A DNA stretch of 64,000 bases from a bacterium (GCA_963662285.2 CAXXMV010000006.1:128001-192000); one strand, 5' to 3'. Counted from the stretch's first letter, positions 10,492 to 20,991 are shown. Numbers and translations: made by a program. Notes: a model not told the origin generated them from the letters alone.

Positions 10492-11664
10492 ATGACAAAA
10501 CCAGAATTGAGAATAGTATTAACAGTATTTTTGACAACAATCCTCACGCTCAACATTTCTGCGCTTGAATTCGATCAACCTCTACCAGAGTCGCTTACCA
10601 AACAATTTCAAGATACACTGAATCAATATACAGAAAAAATAAAACCCGGATATATTCCCGGATATTCCGCCGCCGTCCATATCGAAGGAATCGGAATGTG
10701 GATTGGCGTTACCGGAAATGCTGTGAAAGGAGAAACAATCAGGACAGACGAGGGAGTAGAATACCCGGGCGCAATCCCTCTACAACACGGAGATCAATTC
10801 CATATTGGAAGCCTTACTAAACAGTTCGTTTCTGTTGTGGTATTGCGTCTTATGGAAGAGGGCAAACTAACTTTGGATGACACTCTGGAGCAGTGGGTTC
10901 CAGGTGGTATAGTAGCCAACGCTGAACTGATCACCATACGTCAATTACTAAGCCATACGAGTGGAGTATACGATAACACATCAGTACCAGTTTTTTTTAA
11001 TACTGTTAAACTCGATCCAAATTCGCCCGGCACGGCCAAAGAAATAATCGAATACGTAAAAGATAAAAACCCCAAATTTTCTCCTGGACAACCAGGACAG
11101 TTCAGTTACTCAAATTCAGGATACACCCTCCTCCACATGATAGTTGAAGCAGTTACGGGAAAACCTTTTGTAGAAGAATTCCACAGACTCGTGACTCAAC
11201 CACTAAACTTGAATGAAACTTATTATGGCGGTTTTGAAGAAATTACTGATTACTCTACTCTGGGCTATGAAGGAAGTAAGGTTGTATCAAATGACATGCA
11301 TTTATCATGGGCTGCGGGTGCGGGAAACATAGTCTCCACCGCCGACGACGTTTGCCGTTTCGCTTCAACGATATTCGGTGGATATTATCTTCAACCGGAA
11401 ACACTAATAGAAATGACTACTCCCATTGAAAACAACTATGGCCTTGGAGTTGGTGTTGCAGGAGAAGACTGGAAATACGTATTTCATTCAGGTAGTATTT
11501 TTGGATTCTGCTCAGATTTTATATATAATGCGAATTGTGGGATCACGGTGATTTGTCTTCAAAATTCATCATCGACTAATAATACGCGTAACATTAATAA
11601 TAAGTTCTTAAAAATATCCTTTGAATGGATTGAAACCTCAGTTCAGGAATGGTCTCTGTATTGA
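10492..11664 (+). CDS. Secreted serine hydrolase (beta-lactamase/D-Ala-D-Ala carboxypeptidase-like)
   Basis: Signal peptide, SxxK (SLTK), LLSHTSG, YSN and HSG motifs; GGAG RBS before ATG 10492; ends SVQEWSLY. Confidence 0.9.
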   Translation: MTKPELRIVLTVFLTTILTLNISALEFDQPLPESLTKQFQDTLNQYTEKIKPGYIPGYSAAVHIEGIGMWIGVTGNAVKGETIRTDEGVEYPGAIPLQHGDQFHIGSLTKQFVSVVVLRLMEEGKLTLDDTLEQWVPGGIVANAELITIRQLLSHTSGVYDNTSVPVFFNTVKLDPNSPGTAKEIIEYVKDKNPKFSPGQPGQFSYSNSGYTLLHMIVEAVTGKPFVEEFHRLVTQPLNLNETYYGGFEEITDYSTLGYEGSKVVSNDMHLSWAAGAGNIVSTADDVCRFASTIFGGYYLQPETLIEMTTPIENNYGLGVGVAGEDWKYVFHSGSIFGFCSDFIYNANCGITVICLQNSSSTNNTRNINNKFLKISFEWIETSVQEWSLY

Positions 11665-11885
11665 TGTATACTTAGCGTTAGTTTAACTATTTATTGACAT
11701 CTTTGCTGAATCGCCTAATATCAATATAGAGATATAATAAAACCGCGGGGGGCGGAAAACTTATATCAAAATTCATTAATCAAAATATAACGAGCTGATG
11801 ACAATGGTTTACAACCATTTCCCAAAGGACATTTGCGTCATTCATTTGACATTGGCAAGTTATATTTTATGAAAGGAACTAGAAA

Positions 11886-12482
11886 ATGAAAATTATCGGC
11901 GTTAATTGCAGTCCCAGAAAAGGTCAAAGCACATATCAGGCGCTTGAAATCAGCATGGGCGGTATAAGGGAAAAATATCCAGAAATAACCACAGAGATTA
12001 TTGAACTGGCGGGACGGGATATTCAAGGCTGCGTCGGGTGTGGAGCATGTAAAAAGGAATTGAAATGTCAGATTGATGATGATTTCAATTCTCTGATTCC
12101 ACAATTAGCCGATCAAGAGATTATTGGTATGATAATCGGCTCTCCCGTCTACCTGGGAACAATGACATCCCAATGTAAGGCATTTTTAGACCGCAGCTGT
12201 TCTCTTCGCCGTAATGGCTTCCTTTTCCGCAACCGGGTCGGAGCGGTGCTTGCGGTAGGCGGCATAAGGAATGGCGGACAGGAATTAACCATCCAGGCCG
12301 TCCAGGCGTCATTGCTTATTCACGACATGGTCATCGTAAGCGATGGCAACGATACAGCCCATTTTGGCGGCACATTATGGAATGCCGCCGATAAAGGTTT
12401 AGATAGTGATGAGTTCGGCGTAAAACTAGCCAAAAATGTTGGACTAAGAGTCGCTGAAGTTGCAATGATGATGCATAAATAA
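11886..12482 (+). CDS. Iron-sulfur flavoprotein / flavodoxin family protein
   Basis: SPRKG, CVGCGAC....C Fe-S motif, GSPVY, RNGGQE. Confidence 0.9.
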   Translation: MKIIGVNCSPRKGQSTYQALEISMGGIREKYPEITTEIIELAGRDIQGCVGCGACKKELKCQIDDDFNSLIPQLADQEIIGMIIGSPVYLGTMTSQCKAFLDRSCSLRRNGFLFRNRVGAVLAVGGIRNGGQELTIQAVQASLLIHDMVIVSDGNDTAHFGGTLWNAADKGLDSDEFGVKLAKNVGLRVAEVAMMMHK

Positions 12483-12685
12483 TTATTCCAAGCCGTCTTA
12501 TTTATTACAGTAACATGTTTAAGAAAGATAACCGTATTCGCGTCATCAGATAACTGAATGGACTCTCTGGATTTTGGGCGCCGGTAAGAGATTGTACTTT
12601 TTCACTATCACCCATCCGGGAAACATGCTTAGACAATTGCTGACAATCGCTCTATTATCATTTATTCAAAAATTAGGAGTTCATA

Positions 12686-13858
12686 ATGATAAAACCAGGA
12701 TTCAGAATAGTTTTCACTGTATTTTTGACAGCAATCCTTCCGGTCATCACGTCTGCGCTTGAATTCGATCAACCTCTACCAGATTCGCTTACCGAACAAT
12801 TTCAACATACCCTGGATAACTATACACAAGATTCAATACCCGGTTATAGTCATGGGTATTCCGCCGCCGTCCATATCGAAGGGATAGGAATGTGGATTGG
12901 CGTCACTGGCAACGCGGTAAGAGGGAAACGAACTGCCACAGACAACGGGACTGAGTACCTGGGCGCAATCCCCCTGCAACCCGGAGATCAATTTCATATT
13001 GGAAGCCTCACCAAACAGTTTGTTTCTGTTGTGGTATTACGTCTTATGGAAGAAGGCAAACTAACTTTGGATGACACTCTGGAACAATGGGTTCCCGGCG
13101 GTGTAGTAGCCAACGCCGAACTGATCACCATCCGTCAATTGCTTAGCCATACGAGTGGAGTATACGACAACACGGCATTACCAGAGTTTTTTAGTACTGT
13201 AACAATCGATCCAAATTCGTCCGGTACTGCCAAAGAAGTGATCGAATTTGTAAAAGATAAAACTCCAAAGTTTTCTCCTGGACAAGAAGGAAAGTTCAGT
13301 TATTCAAATTCCGGATACACGCTCCTCCACATGATAGTTGAAGCGGTTACAGGGAAACCATTTGTAGAAGAATTCCACCGGCTCGTGACTCAACCGCTCA
13401 GTTTGAATGAAACCTATTATGGCGGCTTTGAAGAAATGCCTGATTACCCCACTCTGGGCTATGAGGGAAGTGGAGTTGTATCAAAAAACATGCATTTATC
13501 ATGGGCGGCGGGTGCGGGCAATATAGTCTCTACTGCAGATAATGTCTGTCGTTTTGCCTCCACGGTATTCGGTGGATATTATCTTCAACCGGAATCTTTA
13601 ATCGACATGATTACTCCCATCGAAAGCGACTATGGACTTGGTGTTTGGATTATAAATGGAAATGGGAAATACATATTACATTCTGGTAGTATCTTTGGAT
13701 TCAGATCAGAAATGATATATAATGCGAATCATGGGATCACGGTGGTTTGCCTGCAAAATTCATCGTCGACTAATAACACGCGTAAAATCAATAGCGAGTT
13801 CTTAAACATATCCTATGATTGGATTGAAACGGTAGTTTATGAATGGTCTCTTTATTGA
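12686..13858 (+). CDS. Secreted serine hydrolase, close paralog of 10492-11664
   Basis: Same SLTK/YSN/HSG motifs and long identical stretches; ends VVYEWSLY. Confidence 0.9.
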   Translation: MIKPGFRIVFTVFLTAILPVITSALEFDQPLPDSLTEQFQHTLDNYTQDSIPGYSHGYSAAVHIEGIGMWIGVTGNAVRGKRTATDNGTEYLGAIPLQPGDQFHIGSLTKQFVSVVVLRLMEEGKLTLDDTLEQWVPGGVVANAELITIRQLLSHTSGVYDNTALPEFFSTVTIDPNSSGTAKEVIEFVKDKTPKFSPGQEGKFSYSNSGYTLLHMIVEAVTGKPFVEEFHRLVTQPLSLNETYYGGFEEMPDYPTLGYEGSGVVSKNMHLSWAAGAGNIVSTADNVCRFASTVFGGYYLQPESLIDMITPIESDYGLGVWIINGNGKYILHSGSIFGFRSEMIYNANHGITVVCLQNSSSTNNTRKINSEFLNISYDWIETVVYEWSLY

Positions 13859-13876
13859 TTTTCGCCTATCATAAAC

Positions 13877-13911
13877 GCCAAGGGCAAGACTGCAATGTGT
13901 CCAGCCCGTGA
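13877..13911. repeat. Degenerate copy of the CAAGGGC REP-like family
   Basis: gccaagggcaagactgcaatgtgtccagcccgtga resembles the reverse complement of 19607-19645. Confidence 0.55.
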
Positions 13912-13956
13912 TGCTATTTTTTCGTTTTTATGAGAATTGGTATTGTATATTTCCAT

Positions 13957-14724
13957 CTAGTTTAATGTGCGGTTGCGAGATGCGTCGTTGAGGATATTGT
14001 TATCCTGTTCTATTAATTGGCGCATTTTTTCCACATCTTCCGGCGTGCCGATGTCTCCCCAGAAACCTTTTAGGGGTACGGCCAGAATTTTCTTTTGGTC
14101 TTCGATCATGAGGCGAATGGCGTCGGGTAATTCATATTCACCTCGCGGCGAGAGTTTGACCTGTTTTATATAATCAAAGATAGACGGTTGAAAAGCGAAC
14201 AGACCGGAATTGTTCCATTTTGAGGTTGAAGAACCCTGGGGAGGTTTTTCGATGATTTGGGTTATTTGCTTGGTGTTTTCATCGAAAAAAACAGCGGCGC
14301 CCTTGTAGGGATCGTCGATCTGATTGACGCACAGCAGCCCATCTGCTTGTGCAGTTTTCCATATATCCAGAACTTGAGGATAGTTGATGGGATTGGTGAT
14401 TATGTCGCCGAAGGTTAACAAGAAGGCATCATGTTTTACATAATCTTCAGTTACCCGCAAAGCGCCCGCCGTGCCATCAAGAGATTCCTGGCGAACGTAG
14501 GTCATCGATAGGCCGAAAGACTTTCCATCTCCGAAATGGTTCTCGATCAGGTTGGCATGGTAGCCGGTTACTATGACGAATTCGGTGATTCCCGTACTTT
14601 TAATGGAGTCAACGATTTTTTCCAGAATCAGTTCTTTACCGATGTCTATCATCGGTTTGGGTTGATTGTCAGTTAGATGGCGCATGCGGGTTCCGCGCCC
14701 GGCTGCTAGAATAACGGCTTTCAT
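13957..14724 (-). CDS. Sugar-phosphate nucleotidyltransferase (NTP_transferase family)
   Basis: MKAVILAAGRGTRM, PKP, GTAGA, EKP, RGEYEL, DIGT. Confidence 0.92.
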   Translation of the reverse strand: MKAVILAAGRGTRMRHLTDNQPKPMIDIGKELILEKIVDSIKSTGITEFVIVTGYHANLIENHFGDGKSFGLSMTYVRQESLDGTAGALRVTEDYVKHDAFLLTFGDIITNPINYPQVLDIWKTAQADGLLCVNQIDDPYKGAAVFFDENTKQITQIIEKPPQGSSTSKWNNSGLFAFQPSIFDYIKQVKLSPRGEYELPDAIRLMIEDQKKILAVPLKGFWGDIGTPEDVEKMRQLIEQDNNILNDASRNRTLN

Positions 14725-14745
14725 ACAGGTATCCTTTTCTTGAGG

Positions 14746-14901
14746 TTAGAACTTTTCTTTAGTAACATCAGGTTTTTTGAGGTCTTTGAGCATAATGAGG
14801 ATATCGAAAAAGCCTTGAATAATCACCCACACGCTCATAATGCCAAAAGCGGTGACGCTGATGAAAAAGACGTATTTCCAGAGAATCATCCAAAAATCCA
14901 T
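14746..14901 (-). CDS. Small 51-aa membrane protein coupled to the sodium:solute symporter (absent from the ORF track)
   Basis: MDFWMILWKYVFFISVTAFGIMSVWVIIQGFFDILIMLKDLKKPDVTKEKF; its ATG overlaps the symporter stop (TAATG). Confidence 0.7.
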   Translation of the reverse strand: MDFWMILWKYVFFISVTAFGIMSVWVIIQGFFDILIMLKDLKKPDVTKEKF

Positions 14902-16490
14902 TATTTTGTCTCCTTAAGAGGTTCCTGCATTTGATTGTTATCAGGCCAGATAAGCGAGCCGAAAATCATGGCCAGCAGGCTTAAGCCCAGGGCGGATAAT
15001 CCCATGACGGGGGCGGTTAGTTCGAAGCCGAGAAGATTTTCAATGTATTGGTAATTTAAAAGGTCTCTGATTTTGCTAAGTCCTAAGATGGCGCTGAAGC
15101 CTGAGATTAACGCGAGGATGGCGCCGGTTGAACTGGCTCGTTTCCAATATAGACCGAAGCCAAGAACCGATATGGCCCCGGTGGAGTATATTGCTCCGGT
15201 GATTCCCATGTATTCCCAGATATCGTCTGAGCCTTCATACCATAATCCCCAGATCACTATGTAGATACCGATTAGTATCATTACAAATCGGGTTAAAAAG
15301 ACTTTGCCTTTATCGCCTAAAGGTTTTCCCTGACGTAGGGGATTGATGATATCCAACACGATAACCGATGACCAGCAGAGCAGGTAACTGTCGTGGGTGG
15401 ACATAAACGCGGCGATCATGGCGGCGGTTACCAGACCCAAAAGCCCTGTGGGAAGGATGTTGGCCAAAAAGATAGGCATGGCGTAAAGATTATCAAGAGC
15501 CTTGGCGCCGTTGGTAGGATTGAAGGCTTCCTGGAAAACTCCACCAGCGGTCATGATAAACACAAAAGCGGCGATACCTAAAAAGTAGGGGATCAGGAAA
15601 CGGATCAAAAAGGATAATGAAGAGAACATATATTGCCGTTTCACTACACTGGTGTTGCGCGCCGACAGAGCGCGGGTGACGGCTGTAGGCCAGATAGCGC
15701 AACTGACCAGACCGAGCACCGCCTGCCAGCTCATATAAGCCGGTCCGAAGCCGCTGCCTTTTACGGTAGGATCAAAACCGGATTCTCCTTTATGCTGCAT
15801 GACAACTTCGACCATAGCGTCCCAGCCGAAATTCTTCAGGCATAGAAAAACCACCAGCAAAAGTCCCATGGACAAGACCGTGAATTGGATGTAGTCGGCT
15901 AGAACCACCGAAACCATGCCGCCGAGGATGGTGTAAAACAGGATCAGAACAATCAGAGTAATCATTACGATAGGCAATAATCCGCCGGATGGATCAATGC
16001 CGGTTACGCCGACCACGAATTGAGAACCGATTTTGAGGAATAAGCCCATATTAAGGATTCCGCCAAATGCCAACAGAATGCCGCCCAGGATACGGGTTCG
16101 TCTGCCAAAGCGTTTCTCATAATATTCGGGGATGGTCATTACTCTGGTTTGCCGTAATCGCACGACAATGAAACCGGAAGCGCCGACTATAAAGGTTACG
16201 ATGCAGGCGATGACCGCGATATGAAAAGCGGCAAAGCCGCCTGTGAACCCTTTCTGCGCTGAATACATAATAGTAATCAGCCCCATCTCCGTGCCGGTCA
16301 TGGTGGCGACCGATAATGCCGTGCCCAGGTTACGACCCGCCACCATGTAGTCGCTGACGCCTTTGATGAAGCGGCTGGCGAATAAACCTATGAAAACAGA
16401 GATAGAGACATACCCGATGACGATGCACCAGTCTAAAGTGGTAAATGAACTGCTGGCAAAAACCGATTGTATTATTTCATTTGATTCCAT
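14901..16490 (-). CDS. Sodium:solute symporter family protein
   Basis: About 13-14 TM, DYMVAGR, TIPEYYEKRFG, LGGMVSVVLAD, AAFMSTHDS. Confidence 0.93.
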   Translation of the reverse strand: MESNEIIQSVFASSSFTTLDWCIVIGYVSISVFIGLFASRFIKGVSDYMVAGRNLGTALSVATMTGTEMGLITIMYSAQKGFTGGFAAFHIAVIACIVTFIVGASGFIVVRLRQTRVMTIPEYYEKRFGRRTRILGGILLAFGGILNMGLFLKIGSQFVVGVTGIDPSGGLLPIVMITLIVLILFYTILGGMVSVVLADYIQFTVLSMGLLLVVFLCLKNFGWDAMVEVVMQHKGESGFDPTVKGSGFGPAYMSWQAVLGLVSCAIWPTAVTRALSARNTSVVKRQYMFSSLSFLIRFLIPYFLGIAAFVFIMTAGGVFQEAFNPTNGAKALDNLYAMPIFLANILPTGLLGLVTAAMIAAFMSTHDSYLLCWSSVIVLDIINPLRQGKPLGDKGKVFLTRFVMILIGIYIVIWGLWYEGSDDIWEYMGITGAIYSTGAISVLGFGLYWKRASSTGAILALISGFSAILGLSKIRDLLNYQYIENLLGFELTAPVMGLSALGLSLLAMIFGSLIWPDNNQMQEPLKETK

Positions 16491-16728
16491 ATCTTACTAT
16501 CTCCCTGTTCGTTGTTAAGCAAATACATGTAATGAGATTCTCAGGAAAACCTGCTCAAATTTTATTTCAACATGTTTTTATTAATAATGCTAGGCGGGTG
16601 TTGATTCATTGAAGCGCTAATCAGAAAATTATCTGAGTAAGTTGCTAGTGACATTGCAAGTTAAATATGTTTATATAACAGATGAGAAATTATAAAATAA
16701 CATATTTGCGCTATAAGGAAAAATCATC

Positions 16729-18282
16729 ATGCTAAGAAAATTTCAACTTTCGCTTTTAGGTTTAATTGCTTTTTCTCTATTGTCAGTATCGGTCTGGTCT
16801 GGAGAACCGGATTTGCGGAATGCATTTATCATCAACGAGGATAATAGTCATTTCTATGGAGGGCGCGAAGCCGACCAGATGACATTGAAGGGGCTTCATG
16901 CTTTCGTAGATCAATACGCCGATACGGCGGTGACGCATCTTTTTTTGTGTCCCAATTCCATGCGCGCCAGTTTCCGCAGCAAAACCCGTGAAGCGATATG
17001 GGATTTGGTTGAAGGTAAATACCATTCAAGCGCTTGGACTAACAACGCCCGTTTGCTCTATAAAAGCGGCTTGGATCCCTATGCCGTATGGATTGACCGT
17101 TGCCGCGAGAAGGGTCTCTCGCCCTGGCTAACCATGCGCATGAATGATATTCACAGCGTGGATGAACCCTCTAACTTTATGCATTCTACTTTCTGGCGCA
17201 ATCATCCTGAATTCTGGCGGGTTCCCAACGGCTCCGCTTCACCCTGGCAGAACCGGGCTATGAACTATGCTCATAAGGAAGTCCGTGAACATCAGATGTC
17301 ATTTGTGCGGGAACTGTTGGAGTGCTATGATCCCGACGGTTTGGAACTGGACTGGATGCGTTTCGGCTGGCATTTCACTCCTGGCAAAGCTAAAGAAGAA
17401 GGCAAATATCTCGATGATTTCGTACGCGAAGTCCGCCAGTTAACCAAAGCATGGGCCAAGAAACGCGGTCATGACATACTGCTAAGCGTACGCGTACCGG
17501 CGCACCCTGATGCAGCGGCTGGTTTGGGTATGGATGGCGTTCTTTGGGGCAGGGAAGGTCTGGTTGATATGCTGGTTCCATGTCCTTTCTGGGCTACTTC
17601 AGATTTTGATATTCCAGTAGAACTGTGGAAAGAACGATTGGGAGACAAGGCGCAATCAGTCGTTATTGCTCCCGGTCTGGAGTATAACGCGCGTCCCTGG
17701 CCGGGAGGCGAGGCTGTAGCCAATTCGTTGTCATCCGCCTATGGTTTTGGGGCGTCCGCATTATCGCGGGGGGCTGATGCATTATATCTCTTTAACTGGA
17801 TGGATTCAGAAACGCGACCCGTGACTAACGATTCTTACCGGACGCTCTTGGAACGTGGTTTGGGATCAGATGTCGTATCTAAAACAATGCGCCGCCATCC
17901 AGTCTGTTTCCGGGATACGGTTCCAGAAGGTTTTCCCAACGGAGTGGCTCTTCCAGTGGAAGGTCCAGATGGGGGAGAATTTTCTATCAACATCGGCGCC
18001 AAGCCTTCTACCGGTAAGGTATGGTTGATTGCCGGATTGGAGCAGCGGGAAGGTATATCTGAAGCAGCGTTTACTGCGAAGATAAACGGCGTTGAAGCGC
18101 CAGCTGTTGTTGATTTATCTTATATCAAGGATATTGGCGGAAAATCAGCACGGGGAATTCGGTTCCTTTGTCCGCTAAGCGCCGTCCGTGATGGATTCAA
18201 CCAGATTGAAATCAAACAAAAACCAGGAACTCCAGCGCAACGCATTGTCTGGTTTGAGGTGCGGATTGATCCGTCATTGTAA
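16729..18282 (+). CDS. Secreted glycoside hydrolase-like protein (GHL10/DUF187-type TIM barrel)
   Basis: Signal peptide; NED, MRMND, HPEF, DGLELDWMR and YLFN motifs. Confidence 0.7.
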   Translation: MLRKFQLSLLGLIAFSLLSVSVWSGEPDLRNAFIINEDNSHFYGGREADQMTLKGLHAFVDQYADTAVTHLFLCPNSMRASFRSKTREAIWDLVEGKYHSSAWTNNARLLYKSGLDPYAVWIDRCREKGLSPWLTMRMNDIHSVDEPSNFMHSTFWRNHPEFWRVPNGSASPWQNRAMNYAHKEVREHQMSFVRELLECYDPDGLELDWMRFGWHFTPGKAKEEGKYLDDFVREVRQLTKAWAKKRGHDILLSVRVPAHPDAAAGLGMDGVLWGREGLVDMLVPCPFWATSDFDIPVELWKERLGDKAQSVVIAPGLEYNARPWPGGEAVANSLSSAYGFGASALSRGADALYLFNWMDSETRPVTNDSYRTLLERGLGSDVVSKTMRRHPVCFRDTVPEGFPNGVALPVEGPDGGEFSINIGAKPSTGKVWLIAGLEQREGISEAAFTAKINGVEAPAVVDLSYIKDIGGKSARGIRFLCPLSAVRDGFNQIEIKQKPGTPAQRIVWFEVRIDPSL

Positions 18283-18311
18283 TAGTTAATCTTGTTTGTC
18301 TTGAATTCATA

Positions 18312-18343
18312 TGGTGTGGGCTAGACCGTTTTAGCTCACACCA
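18312..18343. terminator. Hairpin between convergent genes (REP-like or terminator)
   Basis: tggtgtgggcta...tagctcacacca stem. Confidence 0.55.
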
Positions 18344-18354
18344 CCTGCTATATC

Positions 18355-19509
18355 TCATTGCTGGACATATTGCCCGACCTTGATCACTTGATTGATGTCG
18401 CCTTCGGGGGATAGGATGTCGCCGACGTTGAGGATCATCCGTCCATTGCTTTGCTGTTCGATCTGCTGCGCCCAGGCTATGATTTCGGCGTCGGGGCGGT
18501 GGGTCATGAAGAGGGATGAGGGGATGCCGCAGTATGCGAATAACTGATCGCCCAGGGCGTCACTCAGTTGGGCTGCGCTGTAGTTGCTCATTGGCGCTGG
18601 CGTGCAGCCATCCAATAAATCAAACTCGGTCTGCGAGAAGAGTGGAAGCAGCGCGTGGATATTGCCATCAACGTGAGTGGATACGGTTTTCCCCGCACGG
18701 TGTAATATTTCACAGGCTTCACGGTAGATAGGGATGCAGTACTTGTGATAATAGGGCGGGGCGATTAAATGCTCGTCGGCGTGATCGCTGATGATGACGA
18801 TGCGCGCATCCGTGCTGGCGGCGGCTTTTATAGTTTCGAGAAATGGTTCCCTCATGCCATCGAGAAAGCGTTCCACCTTGCGCTTTTCATCCTGCAGAGC
18901 GTATACGCCATTGAATAGCCCCATGGCGTCGTGGATGAATGTTCCAAAAGGCGACCGGCCAATGGGGATATCTATAACGCCTAATTCTTTTAATGCATCC
19001 AATGCTTTTTGTATGCGATCATGCCGCACTTGAGTCGTGTTGTGTTGCGCCGCCCATAGAATCACGTCCAGGTCGTCGACGATTTTAGCGAAATGTTCAG
19101 TTATGCAATAACTGCCATCCGCCGCCAGGGTGCGGATTTGACGAATGGCGCCTATCGGAGTGGATATTTCAGTGGTTTCACGCCGTCTCTCAACCGTTAC
19201 TATACGTTCATATCCATCGGCGCTTTGATCGCGCCATTCGTATAAATGGATTGGACAGCCCCAGCCGAAATTTCTATAGAAATCCAGCAGCGTCCAATCC
19301 TGGAAGCATTCGGGCATATCATGGTTATGCTGATGAAATGGATCATCATCATAAATGATCTGCCCCGGTTCAAATTGTTGTGGCGCCCCGGGAGGCGTCC
19401 GCCGGGCTTTATACCAATCAGTGATATCAGGAAAAAAAAGAATACGTCCACGGTGATTGCCGTTGAGCAGTTGGAAGAAACGTTGGCGAAGCGTTTTGTC
19501 TTTGGTCAT
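18355..19509 (-). CDS. Uroporphyrinogen decarboxylase (URO-D/MtaA-like) family protein
   Basis: TPIG, THVDG, CTPAP and final ILNVGD motifs of URO-D-like TIM barrels. Confidence 0.75.
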   Translation of the reverse strand: MTKDKTLRQRFFQLLNGNHRGRILFFPDITDWYKARRTPPGAPQQFEPGQIIYDDDPFHQHNHDMPECFQDWTLLDFYRNFGWGCPIHLYEWRDQSADGYERIVTVERRRETTEISTPIGAIRQIRTLAADGSYCITEHFAKIVDDLDVILWAAQHNTTQVRHDRIQKALDALKELGVIDIPIGRSPFGTFIHDAMGLFNGVYALQDEKRKVERFLDGMREPFLETIKAAASTDARIVIISDHADEHLIAPPYYHKYCIPIYREACEILHRAGKTVSTHVDGNIHALLPLFSQTEFDLLDGCTPAPMSNYSAAQLSDALGDQLFAYCGIPSSLFMTHRPDAEIIAWAQQIEQQSNGRMILNVGDILSPEGDINQVIKVGQYVQQ

Positions 19510-19606
19510 TGTATTTATCCGCGTTATGGTTGTTCGTCAACGTTGCTCTTGGCGCCCGTCAATGTCATTAAGTTAAGTTATTTTCATTCTGCAATGGGTG
19601 GTTTGA

Positions 19607-19645
19607 TCAAGGGCTGACCGTAATGCGGTCTTGTCCTTGACACCC
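19607..19645. repeat. CAAGGGC REP-like palindrome
   Basis: tcaagggctgaccg...cggtcttgtccttgacaccc has the same ends as 3798-3830. Confidence 0.65.
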
Positions 19646-19680
19646 GTCTTGGCGTCCGTCATTAAATCCACATACTCCAA

Positions 19681-20952
19681 TTATACCTCTCGCTCAATCT
19701 GTTCAAAATAATCTGAAACATTAACCACGCGGTTCTCTATACGCGCCTGCTCTGCGGCGAAGACCAGCAGATGGCTGTTGCGCGATTCCAGGGCTGATGC
19801 AGTGACCTTATCCGGCTGGTTATTGCGTACCAGATCAATGAAATCGTGGATCATCAGCGTGTCGCCGCCGCCGTGGTCATCGTCAGGCCCGCCAGTATGG
19901 CATACTTCACTTCTGCCATCGCTGTAGTAATTAACTTCCAACTCACGTTTTTCCAAAAAGCCGCGCACAGTGGCTTGAGAGGCGCAGACGCGCAGGGTGC
20001 GGACATTATCATGGGAATGCCCATGCATATTGAATCCGATGGTTAGCCCATCTTCATAATTCAAACTGGTGAGTTGGTGGTCGACTATATCATTGTCGCA
20101 ACGGAAGACGCAGCGTCCATAGGGGCCTTCCTGCAAAGCCTTAAAGCGCCCTTCATAGGTCATATCTGAGGATATGACGCAAACTGGCCATTCGGTATTA
20201 TCGCCCAGGTACATCTTGATAGCAGAGTATGGGCAGGCGGCTTCCCTGGGGCATCCATCAGTGCAGCGTTGGGGGATGCTATCATCTACCCGGTCTGAGC
20301 GGAAATGAGTCAACGAGCCAAACGAAGAGATGCTCTGAGGCAGTCTTCCGGTTAACCAGTATAAGATATCTAGATCGTGGCAGGATTTAGAAAGCAATCC
20401 CGGGCTGCTTTTGGCATGGTTTCCCCAATTACCCCTGACGAAACTATGGGCGTAATGCCAGAAGGCAATGTTTTCATTATGCATTATGCTGATAACTTGG
20501 CCGGTATCGGGTGAATCAAGCAGTTGCTTTAAGCGGACGAAGAAGGGGTTGTAGCGCAGCGAATGACAAAGTTGCAGAATCTTGCCGGTTTGCTCTACTT
20601 TCCGTGCCAGTCGTACGCAACTGATGGCATCGGTGGCCATAGGTTTTTCAAGCAGGATGTGATAGCCCGCATCAAGCGCGTTCATAGTGGATTGGAAATG
20701 ATCCCTGTCCATGGTTGAGTTGATAAGAACATCAGCCAATTGCGGCTTATCAAGCAGCTCCTGCCAGGATTCAAAAACGTTTTCAGGCGGGATGGAATGA
20801 TCCTGAGCGAAACGTTCTCTTCGTATGGGATCAGGTTCCGCCACCGCGACGATTTTCAGGTTATGCGGATAAAATTTGGCGTATCCCCCGAATGTGCAAT
20901 ACCCCCGCATCCCCGCTCCAAGTAAGACTGCTTCTATAGGTTGAATTGACAT
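19681..20952 (-). CDS. Gfo/Idh/MocA family oxidoreductase
   Basis: GAGMRG, LLEKP, HSFVRGNW, KSCHDLD, HGGGD. Confidence 0.93.
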   Translation of the reverse strand: MSIQPIEAVLLGAGMRGYCTFGGYAKFYPHNLKIVAVAEPDPIRRERFAQDHSIPPENVFESWQELLDKPQLADVLINSTMDRDHFQSTMNALDAGYHILLEKPMATDAISCVRLARKVEQTGKILQLCHSLRYNPFFVRLKQLLDSPDTGQVISIMHNENIAFWHYAHSFVRGNWGNHAKSSPGLLSKSCHDLDILYWLTGRLPQSISSFGSLTHFRSDRVDDSIPQRCTDGCPREAACPYSAIKMYLGDNTEWPVCVISSDMTYEGRFKALQEGPYGRCVFRCDNDIVDHQLTSLNYEDGLTIGFNMHGHSHDNVRTLRVCASQATVRGFLEKRELEVNYYSDGRSEVCHTGGPDDDHGGGDTLMIHDFIDLVRNNQPDKVTASALESRNSHLLVFAAEQARIENRVVNVSDYFEQIEREV

Positions 20953-20991
20953 AATAAATACCCCTTAATAAATGCTTGCGTGATATAGTAA

